From: Candidatus Omnitrophota bacterium
Lineage (GTDB): Bacteria > Omnitrophota > Omnitrophia > Omnitrophales > Aquincolibacteriaceae
Length of the DNA stretch: 64,000 nt
Reading direction: 5' to 3'
NCBI GenBank assembly: GCA_043803685.1
Contig: JAZDJU010000040.1
Coordinates: forward strand, 23,997 to 87,996
Part shown: positions 46,247 to 55,158 of the stretch, piece by piece
Layout of the letters: each line of letters starts with the position of its first letter
Position numbering within the stretch: position 1 is the first letter of the stretch
Program-made: the position numbers and the translations under genes
The notes under the pieces: generated by a model
What the model saw: only the letters and a program-made list of their open reading frames with translations
What the model was told of the DNA's origin: nothing
The model's database searches: none

Positions 46247-47575
46247 ATGAAGAAAACAAAAGGATGGCTGTTAGGGGTAGCAGGCTTTCTGGCTTTTTTG
46301 GGCATGTCTAAACTCGGTTGGGCCGCGGACGCGGCGGCGCCTGTCGTCAATACGGGGGATACCGCGTGGGTGTTGCTTTCCGCGGCGTTCGTGTTCCTCA
46401 TGACGCCGGGGCTGGCCTTCTTCTACGGCGGGTTGGTCCGTAAGAAGAACATGCTGTCGGTGCTCATGCAGTGCTTTATGCTGATGTGCATTATCACGCT
46501 TCAGTGGGTGATCTTTGGTTACAGTCTTTCGTTCGGGCCGGATATCAAAGGGATGATCGGCAGTCTGAGTTGGGCGGGTCTCCACGGTGTGGGGATCGAA
46601 CCTTTCGCGGATTACTCGGCCACGGTGCCGCATCAGGCTTTCATGATCTATCAGGCGATGTTCGCGATCATCACCCCGGGCCTCATCCTGGGCGCTTTTG
46701 CGGAACGGATGAAATTCTCCGCCTTTGTCGTTTTTTCCCTTCTCTGGTCCACGTTCGTGTATGACCCCGTTTGTCATTGGGTCTGGGCCGTGGGCGGTTT
46801 CTTGAGGAACATGGGCGCTCTCGATTTCGCGGGGGGCACGGTGGTCCATATCAATGCCGGTATCGCGGCGCTTGTCTGCGCGCTCGTGCTCGGCAAGAGG
46901 AAGGGGTATCCCAGTCATATGTCGCCTCCGCACAACCTTCCGTTCGCGGTGCTGGGCGCGGGATTGCTCTGGTTCGGCTGGTTCGGCTTTAACGGAGGAA
47001 GCGCGCTTGGAGCGAATGGTCTGGCGACGAGCGCTTTGGTCGTGACGCATGTGGCAGCCGCGGCAGCAGGACTCACCTGGTCGCTTCTCGAGTGGAAACT
47101 GAGTTCGAAACCCACCATGCTTGGCATGATCACTGGCGCGGTTGGGGGACTTGTCGCTATTACGCCTGCCGCGGGTTTTGTCGGTCCGATCGACGCGATC
47201 TGGATCGGGGTCGGCGTTTCTGTGATCTGCTACTTTTTCGTGGCGGTGGTCAAACCGAAACTCGGTTACGACGACTCCCTGGATGCTTTCGGAGTTCACG
47301 GAGTGGGCGGGATCTGGGGAGCCTTGGCCACGGGTCTTTGGGCTTCCAAGTCAGTCAACCCGGCCGGGAATGACGGGCTCTTCTACGGGAATCCGGGATT
47401 ATTCCTGATCCAGTTGAAAGCCGTGGTCATTACGATCGTTTTTTCATTCATTGTTTCCTGGATCCTTTTGAAGCTCGTGGACGCCGTGATAGGCCTGCGT
47501 GTTTCCGAGGATGAGGAACGCATCGGGTTGGATCTCACGCAGCATCGTGAATCTGCCTACACTCTGTTGGATTAA
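46247..47575 (+). CDS. amtB: Ammonium transporter (copy 1)
   Basis: MTPGLAFFYGG, DFAGGTVVH, WFGWFGFNGGS, DAFGVHG (twin His). Confidence 0.96.
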   Translation: MKKTKGWLLGVAGFLAFLGMSKLGWAADAAAPVVNTGDTAWVLLSAAFVFLMTPGLAFFYGGLVRKKNMLSVLMQCFMLMCIITLQWVIFGYSLSFGPDIKGMIGSLSWAGLHGVGIEPFADYSATVPHQAFMIYQAMFAIITPGLILGAFAERMKFSAFVVFSLLWSTFVYDPVCHWVWAVGGFLRNMGALDFAGGTVVHINAGIAALVCALVLGKRKGYPSHMSPPHNLPFAVLGAGLLWFGWFGFNGGSALGANGLATSALVVTHVAAAAAGLTWSLLEWKLSSKPTMLGMITGAVGGLVAITPAAGFVGPIDAIWIGVGVSVICYFFVAVVKPKLGYDDSLDAFGVHGVGGIWGALATGLWASKSVNPAGNDGLFYGNPGLFLIQLKAVVITIVFSFIVSWILLKLVDAVIGLRVSEDEERIGLDLTQHRESAYTLLD

Positions 47576-47588
47576 AGGAGGAGCTTCT

Positions 47589-47930
47589 ATGAAATACATC
47601 GTCGCAGTGATCCAGCCGGACCGGTTGGACGAAGTGCTTCAGATCCTTGAGGAAAAAGAGATCCATCTCGTGACCGTGACCAATGTGCTCGGCCGCGGCC
47701 GTCAGAAGGGGATCTCGGAAGTCTACCGTGGGCATAAAGAAGGCGGCAGGCTTCTCAAGAAAATAAAGCTCGAGATCGCGGTGAACGAGGAGTTCGTGAA
47801 ACCCACGATCGCCGCGATCACCCAGGGCGCTCGGACCAATCACATCGGGGATGGCAAGATCTTCGTCCTGGACCTGGAAGAATGTTTCCGCATCCGCACG
47901 GGAGAGACTGGCAAAGTCGCGATCGGTTAA
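47589..47930 (+). CDS. glnK: P-II nitrogen regulatory protein (copy 1)
   Basis: GRGRQKG..VYRG, IGDGKIFV, RIRTGE. Confidence 0.92.
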   Translation: MKYIVAVIQPDRLDEVLQILEEKEIHLVTVTNVLGRGRQKGISEVYRGHKEGGRLLKKIKLEIAVNEEFVKPTIAAITQGARTNHIGDGKIFVLDLEECFRIRTGETGKVAIG

Positions 47931-48014
47931 ATAAAGATCGGGGAACGGTTAACGGGGGACGGTGAGCGCTAAAGCACGGCGTTTATTTTCCCCCATTCGC
48001 CGTTGTTTTAAAGT

Positions 48015-48126
48015 TGGCATGTCTTTTGCATCTATAGCCCTTATAAGAAGGCTTCTTTATTCCTTGCAGAATAGAGAGGTTTTTTTGTTATCCAAAATCC
48101 TACAAAAATGTAGGACGAATTCGTCG
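48015..48126 (+). promoter_or_regulatory. Sigma54 promoter of amtB2 with downstream palindrome
   Basis: TGGCAT GTCTT TTGCA 48015-48030; TCCTACAAAAATGTAGGA 48098-48115. Confidence 0.75.
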
Positions 48127-48161
48127 AATAGTGGCTTTTTTGACAAAAAGGGGGACGTGGA

Positions 48162-49490
48162 ATGCGAGGGAAAAGGAGTTTTTTTGGGGGAAGTCTGGTC
48201 CTTTTTATTCTTCTTGGGATATCCCGGATGGCCTGGGCGGAAGGTCCTGAGGTCCCGGACGTGAGCGCGGGGGATATCTCCTGGGTGCTTGTTTCCGCGG
48301 CCCTGGTGTTCCTCATGACGCCGGGTCTGGCGTTCTTCTACGGCGGCCTGGTCCGCAGGAAGAACATGCTTTCGATCCTGATGCAGTGCTTCATGCTGAT
48401 CTGTATCATCACGCTCCAGTGGGTGCTTTTCGGTTACAGTCTCGCTTTTGGCCCGGATGTGAAGGGTCTGATCGGAAGTTTGGGCTGGGCCGGGCTTCAG
48501 GGCGTTGGGTTGGACCCGTTCGCGCCTTATTCGGCGACGATCCCGCACCAGCTTTTCATGATCTATCAGGCGATGTTCGCGATCATCACGCCGGGACTGA
48601 TCCTGGGCGCTTTCGCGGAGCGCATGAAATTCTCGTCCTTCTGCGTCTTCTCGCTTCTTTGGGCTACGTTCGTTTATGACCCGGTCTGTCACTGGATCTG
48701 GGGCGTCGGCGGATTTTTAAGGAACATGGGCATGCTCGATTTCGCCGGAGGAGCCGTCGTTCATATCAATGCCGGCATCGCGGCGCTGGTTTGCGCGATC
48801 ATGCTCGGAAAACGAAGAGGCTATCCCACACACATGTCGCCTCCGCACAATCTTCCGTTCGCGGTGCTGGGCGCGGGACTGCTCTGGTTCGGCTGGTTCG
48901 GTTTTAACGGGGGAAGCGCGCTAGGCGCCAACCGGATCGCCGTGAGCGCCATGGTCGTGTCTCATATCGCCGGAGCGGCCGCGGGTCTTACGTGGGCGCT
49001 TCTGGAATGGAAGTTCAACTCCAAGCCCACCATGCTCGGGATGATCACCGGCGCCGTCGCGGGGCTTGCCACGATCACGCCGGCCGCGGGTTTCGTGGGG
49101 CCGGTCAGCGCGATCTGGATCGGGATCCTGGCGTCAGGGGTCTGCTTCTTTTTTGTCGCGGTGGTCAAAACGAAATTTGGCTATGACGATTCGCTGGACG
49201 CCTTCGGCGTTCACGGGGTGGGCGGGATCCTCGGAACATTGGCCACGGGTCTTTGGGCTTCCAAGGCCGTGAATCCGGCCGGCAATGACGGGCTCTTTTT
49301 CGGGAATCCCGAACTTTTCCTGATCCAGGCGAAAGGGACGATCATTACGATCGTCTACTCCTTCATCGTTTCCTGGGTCCTTTTGAAACTCGTGGACGTC
49401 GTGATGGGCCTGCGCGTTTCCGACGACGAAGAACGCATCGGGTTGGATCTCACGCAGCATCGTGAATCCGGCTACACCATGGTGGACTGA
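48162..49490 (+). CDS. amtB: Ammonium transporter (copy 2)
   Basis: Same motifs and same length (442 aa) as copy 1. Confidence 0.96.
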   Translation: MRGKRSFFGGSLVLFILLGISRMAWAEGPEVPDVSAGDISWVLVSAALVFLMTPGLAFFYGGLVRRKNMLSILMQCFMLICIITLQWVLFGYSLAFGPDVKGLIGSLGWAGLQGVGLDPFAPYSATIPHQLFMIYQAMFAIITPGLILGAFAERMKFSSFCVFSLLWATFVYDPVCHWIWGVGGFLRNMGMLDFAGGAVVHINAGIAALVCAIMLGKRRGYPTHMSPPHNLPFAVLGAGLLWFGWFGFNGGSALGANRIAVSAMVVSHIAGAAAGLTWALLEWKFNSKPTMLGMITGAVAGLATITPAAGFVGPVSAIWIGILASGVCFFFVAVVKTKFGYDDSLDAFGVHGVGGILGTLATGLWASKAVNPAGNDGLFFGNPELFLIQAKGTIITIVYSFIVSWVLLKLVDVVMGLRVSDDEERIGLDLTQHRESGYTMVD

Positions 49491-49502
49491 TTCAGAAAAT
49501 GG

Positions 49503-49627
49503 CCAAGAAACAAGATGCAAGAAACAAGCAAAGAACGAAAACGAACGGACTCTTTTCCGTCCGGGATTTGGTGATTGTTTTTTGAGATTCGTTTGTAACT
49601 TGTCTCTTGGTGTTTGGTCATTGGATA
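49503..49627. repeat. 7-nt-periodic inverted-repeat element (CAAG/CTTG family)
   Basis: CAAGAAA CAAGATG CAAGAAA CAAGCAA ... TTGTAAC TTGTCTC TTGGTGT TTGGTCA TTGGATA. Confidence 0.75.
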
Positions 49628-49679
49628 GATGAAGCTTAAGTGTCTATAGACAATCGCGATTCAAAGGAGGGTCGATGCC

Positions 49680-50021
49680 ATGAAATACATTGTTGCAGTC
49701 ATTCAGCCGGACCGTTTGGACGAAGTGCTTCAGATCCTGGAAGAAAAAGAGATCCATCTCGTGACCGTGACCAATGTGCTTGGTCGCGGCCGCCAGAAGG
49801 GGATCTCGGAAGTTTACCGCGGACACAAAGAGGGCGGCAGGCTCCTGAAGAAGATCAAGCTTGAGATCGCGGTCAATGAGGAGTTCGTCAAGGCGACCGT
49901 GGATGCCATTATCCAGGGCGCGCGCACGAACCACATCGGGGACGGCAAGATCTTCGTTCTTGATCTTGAGCAGTGTTTCCGCATTCGCACAGGAGAGACC
50001 GGCAAGATCGCGATCGGATAG
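49680..50021 (+). CDS. glnK: P-II nitrogen regulatory protein (copy 2)
   Basis: Near-identical to copy 1. Confidence 0.92.
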   Translation: MKYIVAVIQPDRLDEVLQILEEKEIHLVTVTNVLGRGRQKGISEVYRGHKEGGRLLKKIKLEIAVNEEFVKATVDAIIQGARTNHIGDGKIFVLDLEQCFRIRTGETGKIAIG

Positions 50022-50041
50022 AGCGTCTCAGGAAATTTTCC

Positions 50042-50105
50042 CCCGGCCCGCATCGCCTCCCCGGGTGATGACGAGAAGTTCCCCTTCTCGGGGCCGGGTT
50101 TTTTT
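50042..50105 (+). terminator. Branched terminator between convergent glnK and nif operons
   Basis: CCCGGCCC...GGGCCGGG followed by T7; two internal hairpins. Confidence 0.55.
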
Positions 50106-50184
50106 GACTTTCACTCCTTGAGGACCCGAGCCGTTCTTTTTTCTCTCGCCAAAATTTTGGAATAATGCGACTCTTAGCCTAAGA

Positions 50185-50925
50185 CTACAACGCGATCAAT
50201 TTGATCCCGGCGATCAGCAGGAGGGTGCTGAGCGCGTAATAAATTTGGCGAGGTCGTAGAGAACTCGAACCTAAGGCTGCGCCGAGACAGCCGCCACAGC
50301 CCACGGTGAGCGCCCAAAGGCCGATGTGGGGTGGTAGCGAGTGTGTCGCGAAGCCGTGTCCCAATAGCCCTGCCATCGAGTTGAGCAAGATGAACGCGGC
50401 GGAAATACCGGAGGTTGTGCGCGGCGTGCTCCAGCGGAACGTGAGGAGCAGCGGGCTCAGAAAAATGCCGCCGCCGACTCCCGTCATTCCGGAGAGCAGG
50501 CCAAGGCCGCTTCCGATAACCAGGGAAAGGGTTTTCGAAGGGATGCGGTAGATCGCTTCGGAAGTTTGGATCTTTTGAGCGTTGAACAGAAAACGTAACG
50601 CCGTAAAGATCAGCGCCAGGCCCACCAGAATTTTATAGATCGCGCCGTGCATCGGTAAAGCGCCCCCCAGAAATGCGCAGGGGATCGAGGATGCCGCGAA
50701 CGGCCAGAAAACATCCCAGGAAAAATAACCGCGGCGCATATAGATCGTTGTGGTGATCGAAGCGACGACGATGTTGAGTAGCAAGGCGATGGGTTTCATT
50801 TCCGCGGGCGCCATTCCGGCAATGACCATCGTGGCCAAATAGGCCGACGCGCCGGCATGCCCGACCATGGCCGAAAGCAGAGCGATGCAGAAAAAGACAA
50901 AGGTTAGAACAGTAGTTTCGGTCAT
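50185..50925 (-). CDS. Sulfite exporter TauE/SafE family protein
   Basis: MVGHAGASAY, GMTGVGGGIFLSP, 8 TM. Confidence 0.85.
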   Translation of the reverse strand: MTETTVLTFVFFCIALLSAMVGHAGASAYLATMVIAGMAPAEMKPIALLLNIVVASITTTIYMRRGYFSWDVFWPFAASSIPCAFLGGALPMHGAIYKILVGLALIFTALRFLFNAQKIQTSEAIYRIPSKTLSLVIGSGLGLLSGMTGVGGGIFLSPLLLTFRWSTPRTTSGISAAFILLNSMAGLLGHGFATHSLPPHIGLWALTVGCGGCLGAALGSSSLRPRQIYYALSTLLLIAGIKLIAL

Positions 50926-52100
50926 CTTGGCGTTCCTTCCATGACGGTCAATGAGGGGAGCACCTCTTCGTGATAAAGCCGGAGCACTTCCTCGGACGAA
51001 AGAGCCCTCTTTTTACGGGAAGCCTGAAAGCGCACTTTTCGCATCAACATTTTCGCCTGTTCCGTCGAGGTCGTGCAGCCCAGCTCACGCAGCGTTTCAA
51101 GTAGCATCCGAGATCCCGAATGTTTTCCGATGACGGTGCGGGCCGGCGGCCGTCCGACTTGTTCCGGGTGAATAAGCTCGTAGGCGGTACGGTCCACCAG
51201 TTGCCCGGCGCCATGAATGCCCGATTCATGGCGGAAGATGGCAGGGCCGACGATGGGTTGGTTCACGGCCAGCGGTCGGCCCGAAGCGGTGGCTACGAGA
51301 TCACTTAGTTTGGCGAGGCAATGGGTGTCGATCCCGGTACGTTTGCCAAGGCCCACGTGTAAGGCCATAACGACAGATTCTAGCGCCGCATTTCCCGCGC
51401 GCTCCCCAAGACCGTTCACCGTTACGTTGACACATTGCGCTCCGCCCGTGACTGCCATGAGTGTATTGGCTACGGCCATGCCTAGATCGTTATGTCCGTG
51501 AAAATCCAGCGCCACGGCCGGTGCTTTCCCGCGAATAAGGGAGACCAGACGAAGGGTTTCCAGAGGCGTGAGCAGGCCCACCGTATCCGCGATGCGAATG
51601 CGATCCACGCCAAGCTGCTCCGCGAGTTCCACAAATGCCAGAAGAAAATCCGGGTCCGCGCGCGAGGCATCTTGCAGACCCAGAGAGATAACGCGCCTGG
51701 AAGGTCGTACCCGTTCGACGAGTTGTTCGAGTTGATCCAGCGCCCACGCTTGGGTCTTTCCGAATGCCGTGAGAAGACGTTCCGAAATAGGGAAAGAAAT
51801 ATGGAGGATGTTCACGCCGCAATCCAGCGCGCGTTCCACATCATCCAGATGGGCACGGCACCAACAGGAGAGCGCCGCTTTGAGATTCAGACCGGCCAAT
51901 GTCCGTATGTCCAGGATCTCATCGTGCCCCATCGCGGGCGTCCCGATCTCCAGTTCCGGCACCCCTGCTTCGCTAAGAAGCGTGGCGATGGCGATCTTTT
52001 CATTCCGTGAAAAAACAACACCGGCGGCCTGCTCCCCATCGCGGAGCGTGGTGTCCACGAGCCAGACATCCCGGGTCGTATCGACGAACGCATGGGTCAT
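50922..52100 (-). CDS. nifV: Homocitrate synthase
   Basis: DTTLRDGEQ, HGHNDLGMA, GLGERAGNA, HESGIH; end of nif operon. Confidence 0.9.
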   Translation of the reverse strand: MTHAFVDTTRDVWLVDTTLRDGEQAAGVVFSRNEKIAIATLLSEAGVPELEIGTPAMGHDEILDIRTLAGLNLKAALSCWCRAHLDDVERALDCGVNILHISFPISERLLTAFGKTQAWALDQLEQLVERVRPSRRVISLGLQDASRADPDFLLAFVELAEQLGVDRIRIADTVGLLTPLETLRLVSLIRGKAPAVALDFHGHNDLGMAVANTLMAVTGGAQCVNVTVNGLGERAGNAALESVVMALHVGLGKRTGIDTHCLAKLSDLVATASGRPLAVNQPIVGPAIFRHESGIHGAGQLVDRTAYELIHPEQVGRPPARTVIGKHSGSRMLLETLRELGCTTSTEQAKMLMRKVRFQASRKKRALSSEEVLRLYHEEVLPSLTVMEGTPR

Positions 52101-52136
52101 AACATTCCCTCCTTTCTGCATAGTACGCCGTAGACT

Positions 52137-52442
52137 TCAGGCGATAAGATAAGCGCTCGCGGCTTTCCCTTCGGCCAAGGCGTCCAGGATCGCATCCGCG
52201 GCTTCTTCATTCACGCCGCCGTACCAGTGTCCTTCCGGATAGACCACCATCACAGGCGCCTTTTCACACAGTTTGAGGCAGCCGCTCGTGGAGACCATGA
52301 CGTCATCCATCCCGCGATCCGAGAGTTCGCTTTCAAGGTATTGCACCAGGTCTCTCGCGCCTTTTTTGGCGCAACCTCCCTGAGCTTCTCCTGAGACGCG
52401 AAAACTTCCGCAAATGAAAATATGGTGTTTGGGTTTCTGCAT
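52137..52442 (-). CDS. Thioredoxin-like [2Fe-2S] ferredoxin
   Basis: HHIFICGSFR..GGC, SGCLKLC..PVMVVYPEGHWY. Confidence 0.88.
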   Translation of the reverse strand: MQKPKHHIFICGSFRVSGEAQGGCAKKGARDLVQYLESELSDRGMDDVMVSTSGCLKLCEKAPVMVVYPEGHWYGGVNEEAADAILDALAEGKAASAYLIA

Positions 52443-52465
52443 GTTTTTCTCCTTATGGTTTTGTA

Positions 52466-53764
52466 TCAGCCGCAGCCGTTTCCTCTGCCCGTGCAGCTTG
52501 CGCCACATTGGGTGATTTTTCGAAGTGAGCACGGAACATCCTTGCCGGAAAACGCGATCTCCAGCCCGTCGGAGATCATGCCCTCCATTTCGAGGACACG
52601 CACCCCGCTTTTATCCAGAAATTCCGAGGGTTTGCGGCCGACGCCGCTCACGACCACGGCGCGACAGTCGTGGAGAAGTGCGGCCAACTTCTCCCAGCGG
52701 GCATCGCCTTCCCCTCGAGGAGGCGTTTCACGCACCGCAATCAGCTCAAAGTTGTCCGGAGCCTGAGCATAGATCGCAAGCCGCTCCGCCTCGCCGAGAT
52801 GCTGGTTGATCAGCATCCCTTCGCGTGAGGCGACTGCGACATAAGGCCGCTCGGGTACGCTTTTTAGTTCGGTCGCGGGTTCTTTTTTGAATGCCGGAGC
52901 CTGGGATGCTTCCTGCAAGCTTTTCACGACGTCTTCACACATATCTTCACCGATCTTTCCCGCCGCGTCCGCGCGGCAGCGGCCGCAATGGGTCATTTGC
53001 GGCAGATGGCGGCCGGTTTCGGCACGCACTCGCGCGACAAGTTCCCCAGTCGGAGCGGGGATGTCGCCGAATTTTGTCCCACTGACCGGGATCAAAGGGA
53101 TGCAATTCATCATATCCACCCCTAGATCATGCAATTTGCTTGCCAAATCGCCCATATGAAGGTCATTAATGCCGGGAATGAGGATCGAATTGCTCTTCAC
53201 GATCATGCCGTGTGCTTTAAGCGCGAGGATGGCTTCGACCTGCCTCCTGATCAGTAATCGAGCGGCATCCAAACCGCTCAGCTTTCGTCCGCCGTCCATC
53301 ACCCATTCATAAACTTGACTGACAACGGCGGGATCTACACCATTGATCGTGATCGTGACGTGACTCACCTTGATTCGCGCCAACTCATCGACATAGGGCG
53401 CAAGGTTGAGGCCGTTCGAGGCGACGCAGAGCAGCATGTTCGGAAATTGGGCACGCACCCGGCGCAAAGTTTCCAGCGTGAGTTCTGGCTGGGCAAAAGG
53501 ATCACCGGGCCCTGCGATACCCACGACGGTGGTTTCCGGTCGACGTTCGAGCACTTTAAAAAGATGTTGTAGCGCTTGCGGGGGAGTGAGGACCGCGCTC
53601 GTGACGCCCGGCCGGCTCTCATTCATGCAATCAAATTTCCGGTTGCAGAATCCGCACTGCACGTTGCAGGCGGGCGCTACCGGCAAATGAATTCGCGCGA
53701 ATTTGTGCCGCGCTTCGGCGTCAAAGCAGGGATGATTTTTAAAAAGCGGAGTCATGGAATTCAT
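52466..53764 (-). CDS. nifB: FeMo-cofactor biosynthesis radical SAM protein with NifX-like C-terminal domain
   Basis: HPCF, HLPVAPACNVQCGFC, NESRPG, IAGPGD, HCGRCRADA. Confidence 0.95.
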   Translation of the reverse strand: MNSMTPLFKNHPCFDAEARHKFARIHLPVAPACNVQCGFCNRKFDCMNESRPGVTSAVLTPPQALQHLFKVLERRPETTVVGIAGPGDPFAQPELTLETLRRVRAQFPNMLLCVASNGLNLAPYVDELARIKVSHVTITINGVDPAVVSQVYEWVMDGGRKLSGLDAARLLIRRQVEAILALKAHGMIVKSNSILIPGINDLHMGDLASKLHDLGVDMMNCIPLIPVSGTKFGDIPAPTGELVARVRAETGRHLPQMTHCGRCRADAAGKIGEDMCEDVVKSLQEASQAPAFKKEPATELKSVPERPYVAVASREGMLINQHLGEAERLAIYAQAPDNFELIAVRETPPRGEGDARWEKLAALLHDCRAVVVSGVGRKPSEFLDKSGVRVLEMEGMISDGLEIAFSGKDVPCSLRKITQCGASCTGRGNGCG

Positions 53765-55158
53765 AAGTAGCTATAGCCTCCCACCGATTCGTTCTGTTTC
53801 TTTTCCAACAGGGCATTGACCAGACGGTCGAAAAGTTGTTGTGTGCCGCGATACCCGAGATGCGCGATACGTTGGGCGCCAAAGCGGTCGTGGACCGGAA
53901 ATCCGACGCGCACGAGCGGCACCGCTAGTTTCCGCGCCAGACCGGAGGCCTTACTGCTTCCAAGGATCAGGTCCGGTTTCAATTCTGTGGCTGCGGCTTC
54001 CACCCGTGCGAAATCGGCATCCGCCAGCACCTGGATCTGCTTGAGATCCAGGCCCATTTCAGTCAGTGCGGTCTTCAAGTGAAATTCGTGTCCCCCGGCG
54101 GCCACGAGCACGGGCTTCGCGCCGATCTCGGCGAGCCAGCCCGCCAAGGCCACCGCAAGATCGTCCTCGGCAATGATCGCGACGCGTTGTCCGAAGACGT
54201 ATTTGTGTCCATCTGCGTAGGCATCGACAAGCCGGCCGCGTTCGCGGAGGACGGGTTCCGGAATAGCGTTTCCGGAGCATCGTTTCAATGTCTGACACAG
54301 AGTGTCAGAAGCATCGATGCCGATCGGCGATCCTGAGAACAAGGCCGGCACGGCGAGCTTTTCCGCGAGATAAGCTGCGGCGGAGGGGTGGTGTGCCGCA
54401 ATGCGCCCGAACGCGAGAGAGGCTTGCGCGGACCCCGTGCGGGCGATGTCGGCGATCGTGGTGCCGCCCGCGGGGATACGGTGGAATTCGCTCCACGATT
54501 CGCCATCCAACGTGTCGGAATAATCCGGAAGCATGATGATCTCGATCGCGAAAGCCGACGCCAGTTCCTTGAGGTACCGGAGATCCTCCGGCGAAACAAT
54601 GCCGGGGAACAGGTTGAGATGCGCGCCCGCCGGTTCCTTTTTGGCGAGCGCCACGACCGTTTCGCGCACGGCGGCATGGAAGCCGTCCACATAGGTGCCG
54701 GTATAACTCGGCGTAGAGACAGGAACGATCGGCGGATCGCCCGGCTTGGCATTTTGGATGAATTCACACAGGATACGCTTCACATCATCGCCGATCGTTT
54801 CGGTGAGGCAGGTGGTGGCGACGCCGATCAATTGAGGCGCGTATTGGCGGATGACGTTGCGTAATCCTTCCTGGAGATTCTCGCCGCCGCCAAAGATCGC
54901 GCTGTGCTCTGAAAAATTGGAGGATGCGATGTCGACCGGTTCGCGGAAGTGGCTGATCAGATAACGTCGCATATAGGTGGAACAGCCTTGCGACCCATGG
55001 ACCAGGGGAACTGCTCCGTGGATACCCCGGAAGGCCAGACAAGCGCCAAGCGGAGTGCAGAGCTTGCAGGTATTTTGCGCCGCCGAACGAACGGGTTTAT
55101 TCGCGGCGTCCATTTTGACTGGGAGTTTCGGGTGTGCCGGAGTCTGGAAGCTGATCAT
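53761..55158 (-). CDS. nifN: Nitrogenase cofactor scaffold subunit NifN
   Basis: CKLCTPLGA, HGSQGCSTY..HFREP, TTCLTETIGDD. Confidence 0.92.
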   Translation of the reverse strand: MISFQTPAHPKLPVKMDAANKPVRSAAQNTCKLCTPLGACLAFRGIHGAVPLVHGSQGCSTYMRRYLISHFREPVDIASSNFSEHSAIFGGGENLQEGLRNVIRQYAPQLIGVATTCLTETIGDDVKRILCEFIQNAKPGDPPIVPVSTPSYTGTYVDGFHAAVRETVVALAKKEPAGAHLNLFPGIVSPEDLRYLKELASAFAIEIIMLPDYSDTLDGESWSEFHRIPAGGTTIADIARTGSAQASLAFGRIAAHHPSAAAYLAEKLAVPALFSGSPIGIDASDTLCQTLKRCSGNAIPEPVLRERGRLVDAYADGHKYVFGQRVAIIAEDDLAVALAGWLAEIGAKPVLVAAGGHEFHLKTALTEMGLDLKQIQVLADADFARVEAAATELKPDLILGSSKASGLARKLAVPLVRVGFPVHDRFGAQRIAHLGYRGTQQLFDRLVNALLEKKQNESVGGYSYL

